From an uncultured Gemmatimonadales bacterium (GTDB taxonomy: Bacteria; Gemmatimonadota; Gemmatimonadetes; Longimicrobiales; RSA9): a stretch of DNA of 64,000 nucleotides. The notes under the pieces are model-generated. The model saw only the letters and a program-made list of their open reading frames with translations. It was not told the origin of the DNA and did not search any database. This document shows positions 1 to 10,743 of the stretch, one piece after another (positions within the stretch are counted from its first letter, which is position 1; each line of letters begins with the position of its first letter). The translations under genes and the position numbers were made by a program. The stretch spans positions 787,998 to 851,997 of the forward strand of contig CAVUKA010000003.1 of NCBI GenBank assembly GCA_963741945.1. The letters run 5' to 3'.

Positions 1-1
1 C

Positions 2-691
2 TTCTACCTGGCGGCGGCGCTGCTGGTTCTCGGCGCGCTCCTGGTCTGGCTGTGGGTGGACGAAGTCCCGGCGAAGGTGGACACGAGCCCAGGCGCGCGT
101 TTCCGGCTGATCGATCGATCACTGCTGTCCCCGGGGATCCTGGGGGTGGCCCTGGCCACGTTCGTGATGGCCACGGCGTTCACCATGATGGCGACACTGG
201 AGCCCGAGTTCATCCGGCGCCTTCACGGCACGGCGTTCGGCTTCGGCGTTGCGTTCAGCGCGCTGATGGCCACGCGCCTGGTGCTGCAGGTTCCGCTCGG
301 GTCGCTGTCGGACAGGATCGGGCGCAAGCCGCTCATCACGGGCGGCCTGATCCTCATGGCCCCGGCGACGGCGCTCCTCGGGATCTCGGGCTCGATGTTC
401 CAGCTGTCGGCCTACCGCGTGCTTCAGGGAGCGGCGTCGGCCGCGATCGCGGCACCGGCCTTCGCGCTGGCGGCGGACCTGACCACGGCGGGCGGGGAAG
501 GCCGCCAGATGAGCATGGTGACAGTGGGCTTCGGCCTCGGCCTGGCCACGGGGCCGCTCCTGGCGGGGCTGCTCGGCGCCCTCTCCTTCGAGCTACCTTT
601 CCTGGTGGGCGGTGTCCTCTCGCTCGCCGGGGCGTGGGTCGTCCAGCGCTGGGTCCCGGAAACCGTGGTGCGGCGGGGCACGGAAGCCTGA
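2..691 (+). CDS. MFS transporter, C-terminal half (5' end outside window)
   Basis: Open frame from base 2. Hydrophobic helices and MFS motif A variant GSLSDRIGRK. Confidence 0.85.
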   Translation, partial: FYLAAALLVLGALLVWLWVDEVPAKVDTSPGARFRLIDRSLLSPGILGVALATFVMATAFTMMATLEPEFIRRLHGTAFGFGVAFSALMATRLVLQVPLGSLSDRIGRKPLITGGLILMAPATALLGISGSMFQLSAYRVLQGAASAAIAAPAFALAADLTTAGGEGRQMSMVTVGFGLGLATGPLLAGLLGALSFELPFLVGGVLSLAGAWVVQRWVPETVVRRGTEA

Positions 692-715
692 GCGGGCCCG
701 CCGCCGGGTTGGAGC

Positions 716-1902
716 TCAGTCCTCGGGGGCGGGGAGGCGGAGGGCGAACGTGGCGCCGGGGTCTCCGTCCTGATCGACGAACACCTCGCCGCCCATCAGG
801 TTCGTGACGGCGCGGGCAAGGGCGAGGCCCAGTCCGAAGCCGGAGCCCGTGTCTCCGAGCCGGCGGTACGGCTGGAAGATGTCTTCGGAGTCTTTCGGCT
901 CGATGCCGGGCCCGTCGTCGCTCACGCGGAGCGTCACGCGACCGGGAGACCCTCCCTCCCGCTCCGCCTGCACGCGAATGGTGCTGTGCGCCGGTGAGAA
1001 TTTGATCCCGTTCTCCAGCAGCTGAACGAGCACTTGCCGCAGGCGGTGCTCGTCCGCCAGGACGTCGAGGTCGTCCGGCACGTCGACTTCCACCGTGATG
1101 GCCGCGTCCGCGGTGGGGAACGCCACCACCTCCAGGCTGGCATCGACCACGCGGCGCAGGCGGACGCGGCGGAGTTCGACGGATAGTCGGCCTGCGCTGG
1201 CGAGGCTCATCTCGAGCGCGTTGCTCACCAGCGCTTCCAGGTGACCGACCAGCATGTCGAGCCGGTCCACCGCCGTTCCCTGCGCTTCCGACATCTCGCC
1301 GTACACCCCGTCGCGCAGGAGATGGAGGTAGCCGCGCATCGAGTTCAGCGGTGAGCGGAGGTCGTGCCCCACCGTCCGAAGCGCGTCCTCCCGGCTAGAG
1401 CCCTGCCGCTCCAGCTCCTCCATTCGCCGGACCATGCCGGCGGCGGCCTGCTCCCGCCGCTCCCCTTCCAGGGCGACGGAAGCCTGGTCCGCCAGGGCGG
1501 ACAGCAGCCACTCGTCACGGGACTCCACCGACCGCCCTTCCGGGAGGAGCACGGCGAGCAGCCCCGTCACCGCGCTCCTCACCACCAGCGGGACGCCCAG
1601 AAACCGCTCGATGGCCCCATCGTCGAAGACGGAGCTGAGCCGGGCGACGACGGTCTCGTCGAGCGGCTCGCGGAACCGCTCCACCACGTCCGGCTCGATG
1701 CCGCGCGCGGCACGGATATGGAGGAGGCCATCGTCGTCCGGAAGCATGAGCACGACTCGCGGCGCCCCAGGAGCGTCTGCGCCGTCTCCACGGTGATGTC
1801 CAGGACTTCGTCCAGCGAGGCCGCATACGTGAGCGCGCGGCTCACCGCCGTGAGGCGCTCCAGCGCCGCGGCGGTCCCGGGGTCGGGATCTCGCCCGCTC
1901 AC
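716..1902 (-). CDS. GAF-domain sensor histidine kinase; frameshift at ~1765
   Basis: H-box GHDLRSPL, N-box QLLENGIKF, G1 DDGPGI, G2 GFGLGL. The GAF N-terminus (ALERLTAVSRALT...) is in another frame and joins if the C4 run at 1765-1768 gains one base. Start (GTG ~1902) uncertain. Confidence 0.8.
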
Positions 1903-3336
1903 GGCCGCTGCACCGCCCGGGCGCTCGTCGTCTTCCACACGGATCCCGCCCGGCCCGATCGTGAACCGGTGGGAGGCCAGGGAGTGGTCGCTTCCGCGGG
2001 CTTTCACGATCCGCAGCCGCCGCTCCGGCGGCTCGGCGGTCATGTCCGTGTGCAGCGAGATCAGGGAATCGGAGAGCGTGCTGAGACGCGCCTCCTGCGA
2101 GCCAATGCGCATCGACATGGGCGGACGAGTCGCCTCGAGCGTGAACACGCTGGTCACCCCCTCCACCGCCAGCCGCTGGACGATGGAGTAGAGGTAGTCG
2201 TGGAAACGCTCATCGCTGCCCGCGGCCAGCCGCAGGTCCCCCAGGGCGTCGACCACCAGGCGGCGGATCCCCCGCGCGCGGATGGCGGCGAAGAGCTCGA
2301 CCACCACCGAATCGATCCGCAGCTCCACCGGCGACTGGTACTGGAAGTGGAGCCCGCGCTCGCTGTACTCGTGCAGGTCCACGCCGAGCGCGCGCACGGT
2401 CCGTGCGAGCTGGGTCGGGTTCTCCTGGAGGTTCAGCACCAGCGCCGGCTCACCCTGCCGGACACCCTCGAGGGCGAAGCCCAGCCCGAACGTGGTCTTC
2501 CCCGCCCCCGCCTCGCCCAGCACCAGCGCCGCGCTCCCCCGCCACAGCCCGCCATCCAGGAGCGGATCCAGCCCGGCGATCCCCGAAGGAATGCGCTCGG
2601 GCTCCGCGCTGTACGGCGTCGGCTCGTGCGGCGTCACCAGGCGGGGGAAGACCTGGAGACCGTCCGGCGTGATGACGAACGCGTGCAGCCCCTCCTGGTA
2701 GCTGCTCCCCCGCAGCTTCAGCACCCTGAAGTAGCGCTCATCGTTCTTCGCCGAGCCCTGGCGCGCCAGCTGCACGATGCCGTCGGCCACCGCGAACTCC
2801 GGGTAGACCGGGACATCCTCGCTGGCGTACTCCCCCACCAGGAACGTCGTGATGTCGTAGCCCGACAGCACTCCGCCGAGCCGCGCCACGAGCCGCCGCA
2901 CTTCCACGGGCGATTCGGTCAGGTCGTGCAGCGCCTTGAACGAGTCCACCACCAGCATCTTCGGCCTCAGCTCGCGGATCAGCGACCCCACGTGCTCCAC
3001 CAGGAAGTCGATCCCCTTCCCGAGCAGCTCCTCGCTCACGTCCTGGTACACCACGGACCCGAGCATCTTCTCTTCATCGTAGAAACGGAACGTCTGGAGG
3101 TAGGTCAGGACTTTCGCCAGCGGCTCCGCCAGCGTGGTGATGTACACCACCGGACGATCACCGGTGGCGTTGTGGAACAACAGCTGCTCCGCCAGGATCG
3201 TCTTCCCGGCACCCGGCTGCCCCATGATGATGTTGATCGAGTGCGTCGGGAATCCGCCGCTCAGGATGGCATCCGTAGCCGCGTGCCCGGTGCCGATCCG
3301 CTCGAGCTCCAGCACGCCCCCGCCTCCGTCACCCAT
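1900..3336 (-). CDS. KaiC/RAD55/GvpD-family double-domain ATPase (3' end uncertain; ORF as sequenced runs to 1579)
   Basis: Two RecA-like domains with Walker A GQPGAGKT and GEAGAGKT, KLRGS/KARGS motifs, and LSTLSD at the position of KaiC ISTITD. Confidence 0.85.
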
Positions 3337-3740
3337 CGCTTCCTCGCTTCAGCGCAATCAGTTCCTGCACGGTCGACACGAGCGACTGCTCCGCGAGCGG
3401 CTTCCGCAGGAACGCGTCCGCCCCCGCCTCCTTCGCGCGTCCTCCCGCCGCCAGAATGCTGAAGATGAGCACCACCGTGCCGCTCAGCTCGGGCACCGCC
3501 TTGATTCGACGGCAGACCGAAAGACCGTCCAGCTTCGGCACCAGGATCTCCGTGATCACGAGATCCGGATGCTGCGAGTCGGACGAGCACGAGCGCCTCC
3601 TCGCCGTCCGTCGCGAACTCGACGGCAAACCCGGCGTCGCGGAGGAAGTAGCCTTCCAGCTCCCGTACTTGGGGATCGCGCTCCACTACGAGGATGACTG
3701 CGCTGCCATCCGCTTCGGTCCGCGGCTCAGGCTCCGAAAT
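3329..3740 (-). CDS. Single-domain response regulator (atypical receiver); frameshift at ~3579
   Basis: [14 protein letters not shown]... in one frame continues as [20 protein letters not shown]...[10 protein letters not shown] in another. Start not determinable. Confidence 0.75.
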
Positions 3741-3920
3741 GGCTCCGCTCCGGTCTGCGCTTTTCCCTGGCCCCCAAAGCCCACGAACGTCATGAATCTG
3801 TCCCGCGTTCCCGCACACCGCAAGCGGAAAATCTGCCGCGCCACATCCGGGTCGCCGCGGTCGTCGGAGCGGTCGGGTGCCGGGTTCATCCGGCGGGCCT
3901 TCTCGCGTTAGTTTCGGCCC

Positions 3921-4821
3921 ATGCAGAGCACCAACGATCCGCCATCGCCGTCTTCGCGCTGCTCGACGCGCTGCGCAACCGCTCGGTGGTGGTGCTGGCG
4001 GGGGCCGGGTGCAGCACGGAATCCGGGATTCCCGATTATCGCGGCCCCGAGGGGAGCCTGCGCGAGCGGGCTCCGATCCAGTACCGTGAGTTCGTGCGGG
4101 ATACCACGACCCGGCAGCGGTACTGGGCGCGCAGCGCTGTGGGGTGGCCGCGCATGCGCTGCGGCGCGGCCCGAACCCGACGCACGTCGGGCTGGCGAGA
4201 CTGGAGTCCGGGGGCGTGGTGAGGGGCGTGATCACGCAGAACGTGGACGGTCTGCACCAGGCGGCGGGGAGCCGTCGCGTGGTGGAGCTTCACGGGTCGT
4301 TGGCCGCGGTGCGCTGCCTCACGTGCGGCGACGTGCTCGCGCGCCAGGCCTTCCAGGAGCGGCTGCTGGGGGAGAACGCGGTCTGGTTCGCCCGCCTGGC
4401 ACGGGAGCCGGGCTCCGGCGACGTCCGCTCCGCCCCGGATGGCGACGCCGAACTCGGCGCCGACCACGTGGCCCGCTTCCGGGTCCCCGGATGCGGCGAG
4501 TGCGGGGGCGTGCTGAAGCCCGACGTCGTCTTCTTCGGCGAGAACGTGCCCGCGGAGCGCGTGGAAGACGCGTGGCGGCTGTTCGGAGAAGCCGAGGTGC
4601 TGCTGGTGGTCGGGTCGTCCCTCACCGTATTCTCCGGCCGGCGATTCGTCTACCGCGCGCAGAAGCAGGGCATGCCGGTGGCGGTGGTGAACCTCGGGCC
4701 CACGCGCGCCGACCATGTGGCCGCTGTGAAAGTGGAGGGTCGAACGGGCGAGGTGCTCCCTCGCGTGGCATCGGCGCTGGCGCGCGGCGTCGCGGCCGGT
4801 CCGGCCCGCGAGGCGACGTGA
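3921..4821 (+). CDS. Sir2/sirtuin NAD-dependent deacylase; frameshifts at ~3940 and ~4160
   Basis: [36 protein letters not shown] zinc ligands, KPDVVFFGE and GSSL, split across frames. Confidence 0.85.
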
Positions 4822-4865
4822 CGGTGGCCGGGGAATCTGAACAGGACAGGACGAAAGCGAACACG

Positions 4866-5845
4866 ATGACGCTCGAGGACCTGAACCGGCGGATCAACGC
4901 ATTCCGGGAGAGCCGCGCGCTGCTCACGGCCATTGAGCTGGACCTCTTCACGGCCGTGTCGCGGGGGCGCGGACGCCGGAGCGTGTGGCGTCCCGCCTCG
5001 ACACGGACCCGCGAGCCACGGAAGCCCTCCTCAACGCCCTCGTGGCCATCGGCGTGCTGGAGAAGCGCGACGGAACGTTCCAGAACACGGACCTCGCCGC
5101 CGAGCACCTGGCGGCTGGCGGCGAGCACGATTCGCGCGCGGCGATCATGCACACGGTCCACCTCTGGCCTCGCTGGTCCACGTTGACCGACTGCGTGCGC
5201 GAGGGCACGTCCGTGATGCGCCGCGCCCGCGCCCGGGACGACGACTGGACGGAAGCCTTCATCGCGGCCATGCACCGCAATGCGGCCGATCGGGCGCCGC
5301 GCGTGGTGGAGGCCATCGGCGTCGACGGCGTCCGGCGGGTGCTGGACGTGGGTGGCGGCTCCGGCGCCTACTCCATTGCGTTCGCCCGGGCCGAGCCGGC
5401 GCTCGAGGTGGACATCCTGGACGTCCCCGACGTGGTCCCCATCGCGCAGCGCCACATCCAGGAGGCGGGGGTCACGGACCGCGTTCGCCCCCGCGCCGGC
5501 GACTTCCGCACCGACGACCTGGGCCACGGCGACTACGACCTGGTCTTCCTTTCCGCCATCTGCCACATGAACGGCCCGGAGGAGAACCGGCGTCTGCTCG
5601 AGAAAGCGTTCGGCGCCCTGGCGCCGGCGGGCCGCATCGTCATCCAGGACTTCATCCTCGACGCGGACAAGACCGCGCCCGCCATGGGCGCCCTCTTCGC
5701 CCTCAACATGCTCGTGGGCACGCGCGCCGGGAGTTCCTACAGCGAGCCGGAGTACGCCGACTGGCTTCGCGACGCCGGCTTCGACGACGTGCGCCGCCTT
5801 CCGCTCCCGGGCTCCACGGACCTGATGGTCGGCCGACGTCCCTGA
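4866..5845 (+). CDS. Class I SAM-dependent O-methyltransferase with dimerisation domain; frameshift at G run 4963-4967
   Basis: N-terminal SRALLTAIELDLF in one frame; LDVGGGSG and GDF motifs in the 4985-5845 ORF. One extra G joins them. Confidence 0.85.
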
Positions 5846-5887
5846 GCCGCCTGGCTCCCTCCCCGGCCGCCGCCCATATTCCGCGCC

Positions 5888-7012
5888 ATGGCCAGTGTAC
5901 AGCTCAGGGATGTCCGCAAGGTATACGGCGGACCGAACGGCCAGGTGGCCGTGGCGGGCGCCACGTTCGAAGTGGCGGACGGCGAGCTCGTGGTCCTGGT
6001 AGGCCCATCCGGCTGCGGCAAGAGCACCACGCTCCGCCTCATCGCCGGGCTGGAGGCGGCCACGTCCGGCGAGATCCGGATCGGCGGCCACGTGGTGAAC
6101 GATGTCCCGCCGCAGCGCCGGGACATCGCCATGGTCTTCCAGAGCTACGCACTCTACCCGCACATGTCCGTGCGGCAGAACCTGGCATTCGGGCTCAAGC
6201 TGCGGAAGACGCCGAAGTCCGAGATCACCGACCGGGTGGGGCGCGCGGCCGCGGTCCTCGACATCGGCGGCATCCTGGACCGGCGCCCCGCGCAGCTCTC
6301 GGGCGGCCAGCGCCAGCGCGTAGCCCTCGGCCGCGCCATGGTGCGGGACCCGCAGGTGTTCCTCTTCGACGAGCCGCTGTCGAACCTCGATGCCAAGCTC
6401 CGGGTCCAGATGCGCGCCGAGCTGGCCGCGCTCCACCGGCGCCTGGGCGCCACCATGATCTACGTCACCCACGATCAGGTCGAGGCCATGACGCTCGGTG
6501 ACCGCATCGTGGTGCTGAGCGATGGCGTGATCCAGCAGATCGACACCCCCCTCGCCCTCTACCACCACCCCGCCAACCGCTTCGTGGCCGGCTTCCTCGG
6601 CAGCCCGGCCATGAACTTCGTCGAGGGCCGGATCGCGGGCGACGATGGGCTCCACTTCGTCGCCGACGACGACGCGTTCGTCCTCCCGCTGCCTCCCGCG
6701 TCCCGCGACGCGCTGATCGGCTACACCGGGCGGCGGGTCACCCTGGGCGTGCGGCCCGAGACCGTGGACGTGCGGGCGACCGGCGAGCCCGGGATCCCCG
6801 TTCTGCTCGCCGCCGTCGAGCCGCTCGGGAACGAGGTGTTCGTGCACGCGGATGCCCGCGGGCACCGGATCACGGCCCGCGTCTCACCGCGCGAGCTGCC
6901 GTCTCCCGGCGAGCCCGCAACGCTGGCGCTGGACGCCGCCGGACTCCATTTCTTCGACGACGAGACCGGCGAAGCCCTGTGCCGCGAGCCCGGCGCAGAC
7001 CCCGTCGCCTGA
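5888..7012 (+). CDS. MalK/UgpC/MsmX-type sugar ABC transporter ATP-binding subunit
   Basis: GPSGCGKS, LSGGQRQRVALGR, DEPLSNLD, YVTHDQ, C-terminal TOBE-like region. Confidence 0.92.
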   Translation: MASVQLRDVRKVYGGPNGQVAVAGATFEVADGELVVLVGPSGCGKSTTLRLIAGLEAATSGEIRIGGHVVNDVPPQRRDIAMVFQSYALYPHMSVRQNLAFGLKLRKTPKSEITDRVGRAAAVLDIGGILDRRPAQLSGGQRQRVALGRAMVRDPQVFLFDEPLSNLDAKLRVQMRAELAALHRRLGATMIYVTHDQVEAMTLGDRIVVLSDGVIQQIDTPLALYHHPANRFVAGFLGSPAMNFVEGRIAGDDGLHFVADDDAFVLPLPPASRDALIGYTGRRVTLGVRPETVDVRATGEPGIPVLLAAVEPLGNEVFVHADARGHRITARVSPRELPSPGEPATLALDAAGLHFFDDETGEALCREPGADPVA

Positions 7013-7024
7013 CCACCCCCCCGC

Positions 7025-9142
7025 TTACTCCCTCGGCCAGACGTTGTCGGAGGGATCCGCGTCGGGGAAGCGACCGTACGGGTCGAGAATGACCCGGGCC
7101 ACGCCGCGGCCGCCGAAATCGAGCACCGCCCGGAACGTGCGCGACCCGGAGAACCAGATGTCCACGGGCCAGCGCAGCTCGTAGGTGTTGGTCCCCACGC
7201 GAACCGCGTTCGCGGGCGCGCGGACGGCGGGCTCCGCACCGGTCAGCTCCACTCCCAGCACTACGGGCGACGGCATCTGCCCGTCCTGGCGGATCGTGAT
7301 GGTGGTCCTGCCAGCGGCGGTCGTGACGCTCTGGATCGAACCGTCGACGGCGTCGGTGCTGAACAGCCAGTAGTACCAGAACCAGCCGAGGTCGCGGCCG
7401 AGGGCGTTGCTCATGTAAAACGCGTAGTCCCACGGGCTCGGGTGCTTGAACGCCCACGCCCTCGCGTATTCGCGCATGGCGCGCCACACGGCCGTGTCCC
7501 CCACCACTCCGCCCAGACTCGAGAGCATGAGCGGCGCTTTCCCATACGCCTGGAAGCTGTAGAACGGGCCGGCGTAGTTCGACGGCCACATGAGCGGCGG
7601 CTCCAACTCCTGCCCGCTCACTTTTCCGTACGCCTGCCCCAGCCCGTCCAGCTGCGGTCGCTTTCCCTCCGCATCCGCATCCGAGAGGATGTTCATGTAC
7701 TGGTTGAAACCCTCGTCCATGAAGCCGTACCACGTCTCGTTGGTGCCCACCATCATCGGCCACCACTCGTGCCCCGTCTCGTGGTCCGCGGCGCCCACCC
7801 CCGACATGATGAACATCGGGTATTCCATCCCCATTTCCGGCCCGTCGACCATGGTCATGACCGGGAACGCGTACGGCATCCACAGCCTCGAGTAGAACTG
7901 CAGCGCGTGGCGCACCACCTCCGGCGCGCGGGCGAAGCGCTGGGCGTGCCCGGGGAGATAGAAGATGTTGAGCGGAATCCGGCCGCCGCCGGGGATATCC
8001 ACGCCCGTGGCGTCCCAGACGTAGCGGTTCGACGTGGCCCACGCCACGTCGGCCACGCTGTCCGCCACGAAGTGCCACACCAGGCGGTGGCCCGAAGCCG
8101 TGGCCGTCCCGGCGCCCTGCTGGTCCGCCGCGACGATGTGCCGCAGCTCGTCCGATGCCACCACCCCGGACAGCCGCTCCCGGACCGCCGGCGCCAGCAC
8201 TTCATCCGCGTTCTGCAGCACGCCCGTGGATGCCACCAGCCAGCCCGCCGGGACGTCGATGGTCACGTCGAAGCGGCCGAAGTTGTTGTAGAACTCCGCC
8301 GGCCCCAGGTACGGCTCGGTGTCCCAGCCACGCAGGTCGTCGAACACCGCCACCTGCGGATACCACTGCGCCACCTGGAAGAGCGTGTCCGCCCACGCGC
8401 CCATGCGCTCGCCCCGCCCGTTGAACGCCCGCGGCACCTGGAAGCTCCACTCCGCTTCCATCGTCCCCTGCCCGTGGGCGACGATCGGCGACGGCAGCGG
8501 GATCTGCACCACCGTCTCCTTGATGGCCTCGGCGATCGGCGTGCCGTAGCGCCGTCCGCTGGGCGTCACGTTCGGCCGCGTGGTATCCGCCAGGTCCACC
8601 GCCTGCCCGTTCAGCACCAGCTTCGTCAGCGTCATCCCGCCCGTGATCTCCGGCACCGCCTCCTCGCGCGGCACGTTCGCCCGGAACAGGTTCTGATCCA
8701 GCCGCAGCACGATCGTGGTCAGCGTCGAGTCGCTCGGGTTGTCGATCACTACCCGCTCGCTCCCCGTCACCGTCCGCGTCGACGGCTCCAGTCTCGCCCG
8801 GATCGTGTACTCCGTCCACAACTGCCAGTACTTCGGACCCGGCGCGCCCGTGCTGTCCCGCGTCTCCGATGCGAACGCGTTCCGGATGTTGTCCAGCATC
8901 GGGATCGTGCGACGCACCGCCCGCTCCGGCACCCCCGCTTCCCCCCCCACCCCGGCAGCGCCGGCCACTCCCGCGGGCCCAGCCGCCCCCGCCCCCGCCC
9001 CCGGCGCCGTCCCGGCTCCCGCAGCCGCCGACGGCGATCCGGTTTCCCCGCCGGGCGCGTGGGCACACGAGCCCAGGACGAGCGCGGGCAGGAGGAACAG
9101 GCCGGCCAGCGCGGCCGGACGGGTCGGGATCGTTCTGGACAC
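7025..9142 (-). CDS. M1-family zinc metallopeptidase, probable lipoprotein
   Basis: GMEYP, HETGH...MDEG. Signal peptide ending LGSC, then an Ala/Gly linker. Confidence 0.88.
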   Translation of the reverse strand: MSRTIPTRPAALAGLFLLPALVLGSCAHAPGGETGSPSAAAGAGTAPGAGAGAAGPAGVAGAAGVGGEAGVPERAVRRTIPMLDNIRNAFASETRDSTGAPGPKYWQLWTEYTIRARLEPSTRTVTGSERVVIDNPSDSTLTTIVLRLDQNLFRANVPREEAVPEITGGMTLTKLVLNGQAVDLADTTRPNVTPSGRRYGTPIAEAIKETVVQIPLPSPIVAHGQGTMEAEWSFQVPRAFNGRGERMGAWADTLFQVAQWYPQVAVFDDLRGWDTEPYLGPAEFYNNFGRFDVTIDVPAGWLVASTGVLQNADEVLAPAVRERLSGVVASDELRHIVAADQQGAGTATASGHRLVWHFVADSVADVAWATSNRYVWDATGVDIPGGGRIPLNIFYLPGHAQRFARAPEVVRHALQFYSRLWMPYAFPVMTMVDGPEMGMEYPMFIMSGVGAADHETGHEWWPMMVGTNETWYGFMDEGFNQYMNILSDADAEGKRPQLDGLGQAYGKVSGQELEPPLMWPSNYAGPFYSFQAYGKAPLMLSSLGGVVGDTAVWRAMREYARAWAFKHPSPWDYAFYMSNALGRDLGWFWYYWLFSTDAVDGSIQSVTTAAGRTTITIRQDGQMPSPVVLGVELTGAEPAVRAPANAVRVGTNTYELRWPVDIWFSGSRTFRAVLDFGGRGVARVILDPYGRFPDADPSDNVWPRE

Positions 9143-9246
9143 GAGACGCTCCGCTCTTGCTGTGGGGGATCCCTCTACACCGACGTTATAGCGACTCCGC
9201 GCACGGGACGCGAGACGGGGACGCCCGCCTGCCCCGGCAGCCGCCG

Positions 9247-10023
9247 TCAGTCCGCGGACTCTTCTCCCCAGTCCCGCTCAGACTCCCGCTCCGCCAGCGT
9301 GACCAGGGCATCTTCTGCCGCTTCCGCCACTTCCGGGTTCCCGTCGCGCGTGAGGCGCTCCAGCACCGGCCGGGCGGTCGGGTGGCCGATGCGGCCGAGG
9401 AGGTCGGCAGTGTCGCCTCGGCGGGCGTCGTCGTCCGCCATGGAGCCCGCGCCCTCCAGACCGGCGATGAGCGCCGGCACGATCGGGTCCATGCCCAGCG
9501 GGTCGTACAGCAGCGACTCCTCCGCCACCAGCAGCAGTCCCATGCGGTCGTGCAGCGTGCTCGACACCCACATCTCCAGGAACGCCGCGGTGCCGCGCCC
9601 GTCGGCCAGCCGCTCCGCCGCATCGGCGTGGCGGCCTGCCTCCACCAGGGACGCGAAGACGATCCTGGCCGCGTCCGGCCCCTGTCGCTCCACCAGCCGC
9701 CGCGCCAGCTCCTGCGGTGCGACGACGCCGGTCATGATCAGCTCGTCGTCCACCACGGTCGTGGGCACCGCCCGCACTTCGTACCGCTCCATCAGCTCGC
9801 GTTCCACGGACACGTCGACCACTTCCACGACCACGTGCGGGTTGGCCATGGCCACCGTGGCCACGGAGCGCAGCTGGTGCGGACACACCGGGCACCCGGG
9901 CGCCACGAAGAGCAGCACCTCCGTATCCTTTTCCAGCGGCGCCAGCACGCCCACGACCGCTTCCACGTCGGCCGCGTCGGTCAGTGCTTCCAGTGTCTCG
10001 AAATCCGTCGATTGCTCATCCAT
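9247..10023 (-). CDS. Thioredoxin-fold (CPVC) protein with C-terminal HEAT-like repeats
   Basis: FVAPGCPVCP, cis-Pro motif VRAVP, C-terminal ADLLGRIG...NPEVAEAAEDAL. Confidence 0.75.
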   Translation of the reverse strand: MDEQSTDFETLEALTDAADVEAVVGVLAPLEKDTEVLLFVAPGCPVCPHQLRSVATVAMANPHVVVEVVDVSVERELMERYEVRAVPTTVVDDELIMTGVVAPQELARRLVERQGPDAARIVFASLVEAGRHADAAERLADGRGTAAFLEMWVSSTLHDRMGLLLVAEESLLYDPLGMDPIVPALIAGLEGAGSMADDDARRGDTADLLGRIGHPTARPVLERLTRDGNPEVAEAAEDALVTLAERESERDWGEESAD

Positions 10024-10083
10024 GGCCGCGATACTAGCCCATTCGCGCCGCCGCGTCGAGGCGCCGACCGCCCGCGCTGGGGG

Positions 10084-10743
10084 TCATCCCGCCGCAAGGT
10101 CGGCCCGCGGCTCGCGACGTCGCCGCAGCAGGATCATCGCCACGGCCACGGCCGCGCTGACCGGCAGCCCCACGTCCTGGACCACGCCGAACGCGAAGAC
10201 CGCCGACGTCCCGACCAGCGCCCAGAGCACGGGGATCGCGAGAAGCCACCCGGGCGCACGGGGCGCGAGCAGCAGCATCCCGAACGTGTAGATCACCACC
10301 GGACATGGCGCGCCGAAAGTGGGACTGTCGAACCAGGCATGGCCCGTGGCACTGCCCAGCACCGGGTAGACGACGAGGGCATACGCCAGCATCAGCGCAG
10401 CGAGCAGGCCGGCCGCGTCGGGCGCGATCCCGAACGGCACCGGCCGGCGCACCACGCCCACCCACAGGAACAGCGCCGCCTGGACCACGAACAGGGCTCC
10501 GAACGCCAGCGCCGGCGGGTTCACCGCGCTGAAGTGGAGGATGTGGTAGGCGATCCCCGTCCAGAGCCAGAGCGCGGCAAGGAACGCCCACACCCACCGG
10601 GCAGACCGCGCGCCGCGCCGAACGGCGAGGGCCACGGCCACCACCGCACCCACGAGCAGGACCAGCTGCGCCGGCCAGACCGCGTGGTTGTAGGAAGTGA
10701 AGACGCCAAAGAACGCTTCGCGGGAGAACGGCATCTGGCCCAT
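10084..10743 (-). CDS. Integral membrane protein, DUF6064-like
   Basis: MPFSREAFFGVFTSYN...WPAQ start and PTFGAPCP motif. AGGAGG precedes ATG 10743. Confidence 0.7.
   Translation of the reverse strand: MGQMPFSREAFFGVFTSYNHAVWPAQLVLLVGAVVAVALAVRRGARSARWVWAFLAALWLWTGIAYHILHFSAVNPPALAFGALFVVQAALFLWVGVVRRPVPFGIAPDAAGLLAALMLAYALVVYPVLGSATGHAWFDSPTFGAPCPVVIYTFGMLLLAPRAPGWLLAIPVLWALVGTSAVFAFGVVQDVGLPVSAAVAVAMILLRRRREPRADLAAG

Noticed and set aside
1579-3336. Circadian clock
   Set aside because: No kaiA or kaiB in the window. A KaiC-like fold alone is insufficient.
8941-8948. Phase-variable C8 tract in the M1 peptidase
   Set aside because: Short, in frame, inside a Gly-rich linker, and expected at this GC content.
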